Part shown: piece by piece, positions 1 through 9,104 of the stretch
Numbering within the stretch: the first letter of the stretch is position 1
Layout of the letters: each line of letters begins with the position of its first letter
Translations under genes and position numbers: made by a program
The notes under the pieces: model-generated
What the model was told of the DNA's origin: nothing
The model's database searches: none
What the model saw: the letters and a program-made list of their open reading frames with translations, nothing else
Source: Methanobacteriota archaeon
Lineage (GTDB): Archaea; Thermoplasmatota; Poseidoniia; Poseidoniales; Poseidoniaceae
NCBI GenBank assembly: GCA_002699515.1
Contig: PAAW01000025.1
Location: forward strand, 29,000-92,999
DNA: 64,000 bases
Direction: 5' to 3'

Positions 1-1779
1 TGACGACATCTCTAAACCTGCTGCAATTCCTATTATTGAATTTAATTTTGAACCTTTAATTGAAATAATCTCTATGATTTGAGGTTTTCCTTGGGTAAGT
101 GTACCAGTTTTATCTAATAGTGCAAGATTAACTTTTGCAATTTTTTCTAAAACATCTCCGCCTTTTGCAATTACACCTTTTTTTGATGCTAATGAAAGTG
201 ATATTGCATGCGGTATTGGAGCACAAAGTAGTAATGCGCAAGGACATGCAGTAACCCAAAGTAGTAGAATAATTCTTAATCTCCCCTCTAATCCTGGTTG
301 TGCTAAATATGATTCAGGCAAAATTAAAGCAACAAAAATAGATCCAAATAGTACTAAGGGGACCCAAATTACTGTAAATAGTTCTAAAACCGTATGTAAT
401 CTAGTTGGATTTTCTTGATATTGTTTTGTTTTATTGATTAATTCACTTAGTCTTGTATCGTTTCCTGTGGCAATAGTTTCAATAATAAGAGGGCCTCTTG
501 TTAATATTAATCCTGCTTCTATAAAATCACCTTTTGAAAGTTGAATTGGTAGGGATTCACCAGTTAATGCTGATTTATCAACAAGACCTTCTCCCGAACA
601 AACAATACCATCTATTGGAATAATTTCACCATTCCTTACTTCAACACGATCACCAATATTTAGGAGACCTATTGGGACCAAGTCAGAATGTCCCACATTC
701 TTCGGTCCTTCATTCCCAGTTAATTTTAGAGATAGTGATTTTATTTTCAAAGGGCCTTTAATATTGGTCTGTACGGATTTAATTAACCTAGCTTCATTTG
801 GTAACCTATTTAATCCACCTTGCATAGCTTCTCTTGCTTTTCTAATTGCTGAAGTTTCTAAATTAGTAGCTAATGCGATTAAAACAGAAATTAATAATGC
901 TTCAAACCATGCTTCAAGAAGAAAACATCCTAATATTGCCATTGTTATTAGTGTTTGAAAATTTAATTGTTTACGTTTCACACCTTGAAAAGACTCTTTG
1001 AATAGTTGCATCGAACAAAAAATCGTTGCTGGAAAAGCAAGAAATGCTACAATATTTGAATCAAATTTAACTGCAAAATATACAATTGGCAATAGTATGA
1101 AGCCTATTAAACCCCCAAGTAATTGCTTTTGATCAGGACGCAACCCCCAATCTCCCATGCCTGCCTTTAAAGTAAAATCAGATCCTGTTATTTCTAATAT
1201 TGCTTTTTCAAATTCCTTTGTTAATTCTTTATCAATATTTGTTGCTAATCTTACTGAAATTAAATCGTTATCAACTCGACTTTCAAGAACCCCTGGTTGG
1301 ATGTTAATTCTATTGATCATTTTCTTTTCATCAATACCTAGTCTTGCTTGGATATTATTCGCATCAACACCTTTGATTTCCCACCATTTTGAATTAGGAG
1401 CATAACCTAAATCACATAATACCTTATTTACAGTTGAAATGTAGTTTTGTTCTAGATCAATTTCAAATGTTACCAAACCAGAAGTAATAGAAACTTCAGT
1501 GTTGGTAACGCCCTTTAAATTATTTAACGAGTTGGAAATTTTCATTGCACAATCAGGACAATCAATTGCATGCACTTCCCAACCTGCTTTCCAAACCCCT
1601 CCTAAAAATGAAGAAAGAGTAGCATCAATTTTTTCGGCCTCAATAACTTCAATGTTCTTTCTTTTGTTAGACTTTTTAGGAACGTCTTTAATGAGAACAT
1701 CCTCTTGAATTTCGTCTGGAAATTTTTGATTTTCATCTTCCTCAAGAATTAAAAAATCATCTTCAAGAGGTTCAGACAT
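1..1779 (-). CDS. Heavy-metal-translocating P1B-type ATPase (3' end truncated by window edge; absent from ORF track)
   Basis: Manual translation from ATG at 1779 gives MSEPLEDDFLIL..., HMA motif IDCPDCA, actuator DKSALTGES, transmembrane ACPCAL and phosphorylation motif LLDKTGTLT. Confidence 0.93.
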   Translation of the reverse strand, partial: MSEPLEDDFLILEEDENQKFPDEIQEDVLIKDVPKKSNKRKNIEVIEAEKIDATLSSFLGGVWKAGWEVHAIDCPDCAMKISNSLNNLKGVTNTEVSITSGLVTFEIDLEQNYISTVNKVLCDLGYAPNSKWWEIKGVDANNIQARLGIDEKKMINRINIQPGVLESRVDNDLISVRLATNIDKELTKEFEKAILEITGSDFTLKAGMGDWGLRPDQKQLLGGLIGFILLPIVYFAVKFDSNIVAFLAFPATIFCSMQLFKESFQGVKRKQLNFQTLITMAILGCFLLEAWFEALLISVLIALATNLETSAIRKAREAMQGGLNRLPNEARLIKSVQTNIKGPLKIKSLSLKLTGNEGPKNVGHSDLVPIGLLNIGDRVEVRNGEIIPIDGIVCSGEGLVDKSALTGESLPIQLSKGDFIEAGLILTRGPLIIETIATGNDTRLSELINKTKQYQENPTRLHTVLELFTVIWVPLVLFGSIFVALILPESYLAQPGLEGRLRIILLLWVTACPCALLLCAPIPHAISLSLASKKGVIAKGGDVLEKIAKVNLALLDKTGTLTQGKPQIIEIISIKGSKLNSIIGIAAGLEMSS

Positions 1780-1837
1780 AACTATTCGAACATTCCCTAA
1801 ATGATGAATATTTCTATATTTTGTATATTTAAATTCC

Positions 1838-1863
1838 CAATTGAAAAATTAATTATTCAATTG
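1838..1863. promoter_or_regulatory. 26-bp near-perfect inverted repeat between the tRNA-Leu 3' end and the P1B-ATPase start; candidate operator or terminator
   Basis: CAATTGAAAAATT|AATTATTCAATTG, 12 of 13 pairs symmetric. Confidence 0.4.
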
Positions 1864-1889
1864 AATTTTTAATCTAGCCATTCTAAGGA

Positions 1890-1971
1890 TGCCGAGGGCA
1901 GGATTCGAACCTGCGAACCGCTAGGGAGAGGATCTTGAATCCCCCGGAGTTGACCGCTTTCCTACCTCGGC
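1890..1971 (-). tRNA. tRNA-Leu(CAA), no intron, CCA not encoded
   Basis: Reverse complement folds as GCCGAGG/CCTCGGC acceptor stem, GGGGA-TTCAAGA-TCCTC anticodon arm, extra arm and GCAGG-TTCGAAT-CCTGC T-arm; discriminator A. Confidence 0.95.
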
Positions 1972-2054
1972 AATATTCATTCTGCTGCCTTTGGTACATT
2001 TCAGCCTTGTCGTTATTAATGAATCATTCATAACCTGTCACGTTTTGTTATGGT

Positions 2055-2957
2055 ATGACAGGCATGGCTAAGGACAGTAAAGTAGACTCGTCAATCGACG
2101 AAAGTTTAGCTAAGCAAATCGAAGAGGAATTACATGCAATACTAAGGAGACAAATTAATCGAAGTGGACCTGTACCATTGCCAAGAAAAGATTTCTGGAG
2201 TAAGATTTCAGATTTATGTAATTATCTTGAAGTTGAAGTAAATCGACTAGGTAAGGTTGAAGGTTGGAGTTTAAGGACTCAGGCAGCTGCAAAACGTCAA
2301 TCTAGTATCAGAAGAGCAGCATCTGAATTAGCAAGAAAAAGATTAGTAGCTTTATTAGAACATACTACTACTAAATTATTTACAGCAAATCCATTTCCTG
2401 GAGATAGTGGCCTAAAGTCACAAGGTATTGAATCAATGGATTGGGGCAAACATGATTCTAATGAAAGAGCATTTTATACTCAAGTAGAAGAATTAATTCG
2501 TAAATTTAAACATGATATTCAGTGGGAAAATATTCAATTTGGAGTTTTAGGAGATTTTGAAGAAACTTCAATAAAAGTTCCCTCAGGAACCACGCAACTA
2601 GATGATTTTGCCAAAGAAGATATTACTGAAGATGGGCCTCCTGAATTATTATTTATTGATCAAGAAGAAAATCAAAACTTTATTGATGATTTTGAAGATG
2701 ATGAAGAAAGAATTGCCAATGCAGAAGGTTTTTCTGACCAGCCAATTGATCAAGAAGTTAATGAAAGTGAGTCTAATGGAGAGATTATTGAATCAGAATC
2801 GTTAATGAGAATTAGAATTATTAAAGATGGAGACGAACCATTTATTGATTCTAAAGGTAAGGAATTTATTTTATCAAATGGAGATATCCATCAAATTGAT
2901 GAAGTACTTGCTAATATGTTAATACAATTAGATTATGCTGAGTTAGCAGAACTTTAA
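2055..2957 (+). CDS. DNA replication GINS complex protein, Gins51/Gins15-like
   Basis: N-terminal helical A-domain (PLPRKDFWSKI...RKRLVALL), long acidic linker, C-terminal B-domain pattern MRIRIIKD..PFIDSKGKEFILSNGDIHQI...ANMLIQLDYAE. Confidence 0.7.
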   Translation: MTGMAKDSKVDSSIDESLAKQIEEELHAILRRQINRSGPVPLPRKDFWSKISDLCNYLEVEVNRLGKVEGWSLRTQAAAKRQSSIRRAASELARKRLVALLEHTTTKLFTANPFPGDSGLKSQGIESMDWGKHDSNERAFYTQVEELIRKFKHDIQWENIQFGVLGDFEETSIKVPSGTTQLDDFAKEDITEDGPPELLFIDQEENQNFIDDFEDDEERIANAEGFSDQPIDQEVNESESNGEIIESESLMRIRIIKDGDEPFIDSKGKEFILSNGDIHQIDEVLANMLIQLDYAELAEL

Positions 2958-3289
2958 ACAATACTTCTCATTGCTAATTCGATACTAACAGAATCAGGAA
3001 TTGCTATTCTTGCTATTTGCCTTAATGCTACTTCGTCTTTGTTAGTTGCCAATTTAACTTCTAGAAGCCTTTTATGGATTCTCATTTCCCAATGATCGTA
3101 TGTTTCACAACCTTCTCCATCTGGAGACTTTCTACAAGGAACTACTAATCTACGAGTTGGTAATGGTATTGGCCCCCTCATGGAAACTCCTGCATTGTCA
3201 CAAATTGTTTTGATATGTGAACAGACAGAATCTACATCTTCATGTTTTTCGCTAGTAAGTTTGATTACAGTGATACTTGGCATTTGCAA
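2954..3289 (-). CDS. rpsJ: 30S ribosomal protein uS10
   Basis: GPIPLPTRRLVVP.RKSPDGEG..TYDHWEMRIHKRL archaeal S10 signature; directly downstream of EF-1alpha. Confidence 0.96.
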   Translation of the reverse strand: MQMPSITVIKLTSEKHEDVDSVCSHIKTICDNAGVSMRGPIPLPTRRLVVPCRKSPDGEGCETYDHWEMRIHKRLLEVKLATNKDEVALRQIARIAIPDSVSIELAMRSIV

Positions 3290-3322
3290 ATCACCTTATT
3301 TCATATACTAATTTTTCAAAGA

Positions 3323-4603
3323 TTATTTCTTTTGAATTGCGATACACATTCCAGCAGCTACAGTTTTACCCATATCTCTAATAGCGAATCTACATAGTTC
3401 TGGGAAATCATCTTTTGTTTCAATTGCCATAGGTTTTGTAGGTTGGAATTTAACAGTAGCAGCGTCTCCAGTCTTTAAGAAAGATGGAGTTGAACCGTCT
3501 TTTAGATTCTTCATTAGTTCTACAAATTTAACAGCAACTTTGCTTGTGTGGCAGTGGAATACAGGAGTATAACCTACTGAGATCGCTTTTGGAATATCCA
3601 TGATTTGGATATTACCCACAAATGTCTCATCATGTCTTACATATACTGGAGGTTTGTCTCCGTAACCTGCAACATCTCCTCTTCTAATATCTGTTACTGA
3701 AAGTCCACGGCAGTTGAAACCAACATTATCTCCTGGTTGTGCTCTATCAACTATTGTATGATGCATTTCAATTGATTTAACTTCAGCACTCTTTTCACTT
3801 GGGTTAAATACAACTGTTTTTCCAGAATTTAAAATTCCAGTTTCAACTTTACCTACAGGTACAGTTCCAATTCCACCAATTTTGTAAACATCTTGAATAG
3901 GTAATCTTAGAGGCTTATCTGATGGTTTTGGAGGCATTTGCACGCCATCAATTGCTTCAAATAATGTAGGCCCATTATACCATGGAGCCTTATCTGATTT
4001 GTGAAACACATTGTCTCCATCAAATGAAGAACATGGAATCATTGGAACATCTGCAGGGTTAAATCCAGCAACTTTCAACAAACCACTGACTTCTTCACAT
4101 GTTTGTTTGTATTTGTCTTCTGACCAGTCAACACCAGAAATATCCATTTTATTAACATTAACAATTAATTGAGTGACACCTAACACACGTGCTAAAAATG
4201 CATGTTCCTTTGTTTGTGCGTTTACACCATCGTTAGCTGCGCATAAAAGTACTGCAGCATCAGCTTGTGAAGCACCAGTAATCATATTCTTAACGAAATC
4301 TCTGTGTCCTGGAGCATCAATTACAGTCCAGTAGTAGTTAGGTGTGAAGAATTCTTTGTGAGCTACATCTATTGTAATACCTCTTTCTCTTTCTTCTTTT
4401 AATCCATCCATAACGTAAGCCAATCCAAAACCTGCTTTTCCTTGTTCACTTGCAAGTTTTTCATTCTTTTCGATTACGTGTTCTTCAATGTGACCACTAT
4501 CTAAAAGTAGACGTCCTACTGTTGTCGATTTTCCATGATCTACGTGACCAATAAATACTATATTCAGGTGTTCTTTGTTCTTATCTTCCCATTGTGATGG
4601 CAT
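3323..4603 (-). CDS. tuf: Translation elongation factor EF-1alpha (aEF1A)
   Basis: GHVDHGKST, ERERGITID, DAPGHRDFVKNMITGASQAD, NKMD, LRLPIQDVYKIGGIGTVPVG; SD GGAGTGA and TATATA box upstream. Confidence 0.98.
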   Translation of the reverse strand: MPSQWEDKNKEHLNIVFIGHVDHGKSTTVGRLLLDSGHIEEHVIEKNEKLASEQGKAGFGLAYVMDGLKEERERGITIDVAHKEFFTPNYYWTVIDAPGHRDFVKNMITGASQADAAVLLCAANDGVNAQTKEHAFLARVLGVTQLIVNVNKMDISGVDWSEDKYKQTCEEVSGLLKVAGFNPADVPMIPCSSFDGDNVFHKSDKAPWYNGPTLFEAIDGVQMPPKPSDKPLRLPIQDVYKIGGIGTVPVGKVETGILNSGKTVVFNPSEKSAEVKSIEMHHTIVDRAQPGDNVGFNCRGLSVTDIRRGDVAGYGDKPPVYVRHDETFVGNIQIMDIPKAISVGYTPVFHCHTSKVAVKFVELMKNLKDGSTPSFLKTGDAATVKFQPTKPMAIETKDDFPELCRFAIRDMGKTVAAGMCIAIQKK

Positions 4604-4684
4604 CTTTTATCACTCCTTAGCAAGCAGTCCGACCATAAACCTATATATGAAAGAAACTGATTGATAATTATAATATAATACTAA

Positions 4685-5893
4685 TCATTTGAAGGTTAGA
4701 AGTATTCTAAATTCCTTAACATCTGCTTGATTTGATTTATCATTCCAAACATTTACTGTCCACGGCCCAGGATAATATTTCTGTACATGATAACTGCCAG
4801 AAACTTGAGTATATACACAAAAGTCCTCCTCTTCATCACAATCAAAATTTGAATGACCGATTCTTTGTTCATCACTTGTTTCTGAAGTATTTATATCCCA
4901 TTCCTTTGTTTTGTTATATACATAAATATCTATTTTTTGATCTGAAGCTAATTGACCGAATCCAGAACCATCAGGATCTTTCTTTGCATAAGTAAGTTGA
5001 AATTCTGCTCTTTTCAACCTATTTACTGAAGGTGAATCTTCATAAACAGTTACAAATTCAAATTCTTTCCAATTATCATCATTAGATCCATTTCTTCTAG
5101 GTAATGTGAAATCAGTCCATTCACCTACATAATTAATGTAAACTGTAACTTCATCTTTGTCAGTTAACCCTTGATCATCAGTTACTGTTAACTGAACTTC
5201 CCATTTACCAGGGCCTCTATCTTTCCAAGTATATGTTTCTCCCGTTGCATCTACATCATTAGTTGGATCACCATCGCCATCATTATCATGATTTACATCT
5301 AAATCCCATTCATATTTTGATAAATAATGATTAGGATCCTCATGTACACTAGCTGAACCATCTAGTAAAACGTCAATCGTAGCATCTACTTCTCTATCAC
5401 TAATTTCATTTTCTTCACAAATGAAATACAAATAAAATTCTCTTGAAGATTCTGAAGTTTCTTCACCATCACAATCCTCTACTCCCATTCTTGAGCCTGC
5501 ATCAGATTCAGGCCTGATAGAATCTTTTGGAATGACATTAATTTCTTTTGTCATTGTTTGACTAAATTGCCCATCTTCTACTGTTAGTGTAACTATATAT
5601 GTGCCTTCTACAGCATATTCCCATGTAACTTCACTTCCTGATTCCTCTCTTTGAATACCATTAGAATCATCGAAATCCCACATAAATACAAGAATATCAC
5701 CATCTCTATCAATTGTAGCACTTGCATCAAATGTAATGATTTCTTCTGCTTTAATTGAGCCAGAGGGGCTAATCTTCATTGCAATTTCAGGAGGCTGATT
5801 TGATGCAAATGTTTCGGTACACCCAGAGAAAGCAATACTACACATGGACAAAATAATAAAAAGTGATATGGCCTTTCTTCCCATTCTAATCAT
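4685..5893 (-). CDS. PKD-domain lipoprotein (surface protein)
   Basis: Lipobox-like FSGC; two PKD-like units (FDASATIDRDG...WDFDD...GTYIVTLTVEDG and LDGSAS...YEWDLD...VQLTVTDDQG). Confidence 0.8.
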   Translation of the reverse strand: MIRMGRKAISLFIILSMCSIAFSGCTETFASNQPPEIAMKISPSGSIKAEEIITFDASATIDRDGDILVFMWDFDDSNGIQREESGSEVTWEYAVEGTYIVTLTVEDGQFSQTMTKEINVIPKDSIRPESDAGSRMGVEDCDGEETSESSREFYLYFICEENEISDREVDATIDVLLDGSASVHEDPNHYLSKYEWDLDVNHDNDGDGDPTNDVDATGETYTWKDRGPGKWEVQLTVTDDQGLTDKDEVTVYINYVGEWTDFTLPRRNGSNDDNWKEFEFVTVYEDSPSVNRLKRAEFQLTYAKKDPDGSGFGQLASDQKIDIYVYNKTKEWDINTSETSDEQRIGHSNFDCDEEEDFCVYTQVSGSYHVQKYYPGPWTVNVWNDKSNQADVKEFRILLTFK

Positions 5894-5937
5894 CTACCTC
5901 TAAAAACACATCACACAATAAACCTACGATTATTTGA

Positions 5938-7371
5938 TTATAATTGAATTGATTTAATTTCTAAAAATTCATCTAATCCATGTAATCCTAATTCTCTTCC
6001 ATTTCCTGACATTTTATATCCTCCAAAAGGAGCATTTACATTGAAATGGCCCCCATTTACACTAACTTGGCCAGTCCGCATTCCTTTTGCAAAATTTATT
6101 GCTCTTTCTTTATTTTCAGACCAAACAGCACCTGATAATCCATAAATTGAATCATTTGCTAGCATCAGAGCTTCTTCTTCAGAATCATAAGTAGTAATTA
6201 CAAGAACAGGTCCAAAAATTTCTTCTTTCCAAATAGTCATTTCAGGAGTAACGTCTGCAAAAACGGTTGGTTTTACAAAGAAACCAGTACTCAAATTTTC
6301 AGGCATTCCAATTCCTCCAGAAATTAAAGTAGCACCTTCATCAAGCCCAGTTTGAATATATTTAGTTACACTAATTTGTTGTTTTGAACTTACCATTGGC
6401 CCACAACGTGTAGATTCATCTAAGGGGTCTCCAACAGTGTATCTTTCAATCCTATTTCTAATAATTTCACAAACTGTTTCTTTCATTTTTAAAGGAATAA
6501 TTAATCTTGTTAATGCAGAACATGTTTGTCCTGAATTTTGATAACAACCACTTATTGCCATTTTTGCGACTAATTCAGGATCAGCGTCATTTAATGCAAC
6601 ATTTGCACTTTTTCCTCCTAATTCCAATGTCACTCGTTTTATTGTAGCGGCGGAAGCCTGACTAACACTAATTCCTGCATTAGTAGATCCAGTAAATGAA
6701 ATCATATCAATATCAGGGTGAGTAGCCATATATTCCCCAACTTCAACTCCATGCCCACTAATTAGATTAAAAACACCATTAGGTAATCCTATGTCATCTA
6801 TTATTTCAGCAAGCATAAAAGCATTTAATGGGGCTTCCTTACTTGGTTTAAGCACCATTGTACAACCAGCTGCTAATGCAGGAGCAACTTTTCCAATTAT
6901 TTGGTGCAATGGAAAATTCCAAGGAGTAATAAATGCACAAACACCAATTGGCTCTTTAACAATTATTGAATTTCTAACTTCTTCTTCCCATTCAAATGTT
7001 TCCAAAATTTTTGCATAGGAGCGAGTAACAACTCTTGGAGTGCCTACCATTGCCATTCTGCTATATCCTATAGGCGTACCTACTTCAGCAGTAATTGTTT
7101 GAGCTAAATCTTCAGTTTTTTCCTTGATAGAGGCAGATAATTTATTCAGAATCTCCATACGTTCATCATATGAAGAATTACTCCATGAATGAAATGCATT
7201 TTTTGCAGCTAATACGGCAGCATCAACATCATTTTGACTACCAACAGGAACAGAACCAATTATTTTTTCATTTGCAGGGTTAACAACTTCAATGATTCCT
7301 TTGCCTGTGGCTTCAACCCATTCTCCATTGATGTACAATTTTTCATATATCTGCATATCAAGGGCGAGCAT
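5938..7371 (-). CDS. NAD(P)-dependent aldehyde dehydrogenase
   Basis: ITPWNFP, FTGST, LELGGKS, catalytic NSGQTC, EEIFGP. Confidence 0.95.
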   Translation of the reverse strand: MLALDMQIYEKLYINGEWVEATGKGIIEVVNPANEKIIGSVPVGSQNDVDAAVLAAKNAFHSWSNSSYDERMEILNKLSASIKEKTEDLAQTITAEVGTPIGYSRMAMVGTPRVVTRSYAKILETFEWEEEVRNSIIVKEPIGVCAFITPWNFPLHQIIGKVAPALAAGCTMVLKPSKEAPLNAFMLAEIIDDIGLPNGVFNLISGHGVEVGEYMATHPDIDMISFTGSTNAGISVSQASAATIKRVTLELGGKSANVALNDADPELVAKMAISGCYQNSGQTCSALTRLIIPLKMKETVCEIIRNRIERYTVGDPLDESTRCGPMVSSKQQISVTKYIQTGLDEGATLISGGIGMPENLSTGFFVKPTVFADVTPEMTIWKEEIFGPVLVITTYDSEEEALMLANDSIYGLSGAVWSENKERAINFAKGMRTGQVSVNGGHFNVNAPFGGYKMSGNGRELGLHGLDEFLEIKSIQL

Positions 7372-7405
7372 GATTGATTATTTGAGTCTCACTAAATATA
7401 AAATA

Positions 7406-7756
7406 TCAAATTATCTCCAAAAAATTCTCTGGCGGCCTCCCAATAATTGCTTTATTTGGAGTTGTAAGCAATGGTCTTTCCATTAGTTTTGGATTTTTTG
7501 CTAATAATTTTGCAACAAATTTCCCATCATCAAGTTTTTCTATATTGATATTTAATTCTTTGAAAAGTTTTTCTTTAATTCTAACTAGGGAATTCGGATT
7601 AGTTGTAAGGTTAATTAATATCTGCTCTAATTCATTTTCTTTTAATGGATTAACAAGATATAGTATAGTCTCAAAAGAAATATTTTTCTCTTCAAGTAAA
7701 TTTTTCGCTTGCCTTGATTTTGAACATCGAGGGTTGTGGAATAATTTATATTGCAT
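7406..7756 (-). CDS. arsC: ArsC-family (glutaredoxin-type) arsenate reductase-like protein
   Basis: HNPRCSKSR and LMERP...IGRPPE motifs; start moved to ATG 7756 because a GGTGA SD precedes it. Confidence 0.8.
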   Translation of the reverse strand: MQYKLFHNPRCSKSRQAKNLLEEKNISFETILYLVNPLKENELEQILINLTTNPNSLVRIKEKLFKELNINIEKLDDGKFVAKLLAKNPKLMERPLLTTPNKAIIGRPPENFLEII

Positions 7757-7766
7757 ATTTTCACCA

Positions 7767-9050
7767 TTAAAAGGGTGCAGGTTCAAGGATCTTTTGACCC
7801 CCCATATATGGTTGCAAAACTTCTGGAATATTTACTCTACCATCTTCTAATTGATTTTGTTCTATGATAGTTACTAGAGCTCTACTTGTAGCAACAGCAG
7901 TTGAATTTAATGTATGTACGGCAGAGTTTCCATCTGCAGTCCTATATCTCATTTTTAATCTATTAGCTTGATAATCAGTACAATTAGAACAAGATACAAT
8001 TTCTTTGTATTCATTAGGGCCAGGTAGCCACGCTTCTAAATCATATTTTCTACTGGCCACTGTACCCATGTCTCCTGTACAAATATTTACAACACGATAA
8101 TGAATTCCTAATGAATTCCATAACTCTATGCAATTTTCTAACATACTTTCATGATGATTCCAAGATTCATCAGGATGACTTATGATTATTTGCTCAATTT
8201 TTGTAAATTGATGAACCCGCCAAATTCCTTTGTCTGATTGACCATGAGCACCTACTTCTCGACGAAAGCATGGGGACACACCTACCAATTTTATTGGAAG
8301 CAAACTTGGTTCAATTATTTCATCCATATACATTGCAGTTAACGGATGTTCACTTGTAGCAATCATGTAATATCCATCTGGTTCAACACCATACATTACA
8401 GTTTCAAAATCTGCTAAATCAGTTACTCCTTCATACGCCTTACGATTCATCATTGTAGGAGGATGCATGAGTGTAAATTTTTTCTCCATCATAAAATCAA
8501 CTGAATATGATTGTAATGCCATTTCTAACCTAGCAAGGTCACCTTTAAGAAAATAAAATCTGCTACCTGTGATTTTCGCTGCTCTAGGTAATTCAGCCCA
8601 ATTATTAATTTCTAGCAATTCATTATGGGTACGAGGCTCAAATGAAAAGTTTGGCTTTGTTCCAAATTCGGAATGTAATGAATTTCCTTCTTCGTCATCT
8701 CCTATTGGAACAGATTCATGAAGAATATTAGGAATGCTCATCCTGATATTATCTCTCTTTTCTTTTAGGTTATTTGCAAGTTTATCAAATTCTTCTATTT
8801 GATTGCCTAAGTCTTTAACTTGATTAAGAATTTCATTCATCTTTTCTTTATTTCCTGATTTTTTAGCATCAGATATTAACTTTGCAGAGTCATTTCTTTT
8901 TTTCCTCGCTAAGTTTTGTTCATAGACCGCTTTTCTCCATTCTTCGTCTAATTTGATAACTTCATTGATTTTATCATGGGACAAACCTCGTTTATCATGA
9001 TCTGCTTTAATGACTTTCGCATTCTCTCTGAAGTCGCTAATATCTAACAT
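7767..9050 (-). CDS. serS: Serine--tRNA ligase
   Basis: N-terminal coiled coil, ATSE, motif 2 FRREVG..GIWRVHQFTKIEQ, EIVSCSNCTDYQANRL, HTLNST. Confidence 0.97.
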   Translation of the reverse strand: MLDISDFRENAKVIKADHDKRGLSHDKINEVIKLDEEWRKAVYEQNLARKKRNDSAKLISDAKKSGNKEKMNEILNQVKDLGNQIEEFDKLANNLKEKRDNIRMSIPNILHESVPIGDDEEGNSLHSEFGTKPNFSFEPRTHNELLEINNWAELPRAAKITGSRFYFLKGDLARLEMALQSYSVDFMMEKKFTLMHPPTMMNRKAYEGVTDLADFETVMYGVEPDGYYMIATSEHPLTAMYMDEIIEPSLLPIKLVGVSPCFRREVGAHGQSDKGIWRVHQFTKIEQIIISHPDESWNHHESMLENCIELWNSLGIHYRVVNICTGDMGTVASRKYDLEAWLPGPNEYKEIVSCSNCTDYQANRLKMRYRTADGNSAVHTLNSTAVATSRALVTIIEQNQLEDGRVNIPEVLQPYMGGQKILEPAPF

Positions 9051-9104
9051 GCTATGACTCTCCGAGTTAGCCTTTTGGCTTCAAACCTACGCAAGATTAG
9101 TTTA

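Noticed and set aside
764..1708. Three short plus-strand ORFs (764-958, 1157-1405, 1499-1708)
   Set aside because: They are antisense shadows of the minus-strand P1B-ATPase, which the ORF track missed because it is truncated.
1890..1971. tRNA-Leu as an integration site for a mobile element
   Set aside because: No integrase and no duplicated tRNA 3' end noticed by eye; the flanking genes look chromosomal.
7406..7756. arsC as part of an arsenic-resistance operon
   Set aside because: No arsR, arsB or acr3 nearby; it is simply downstream of serS.
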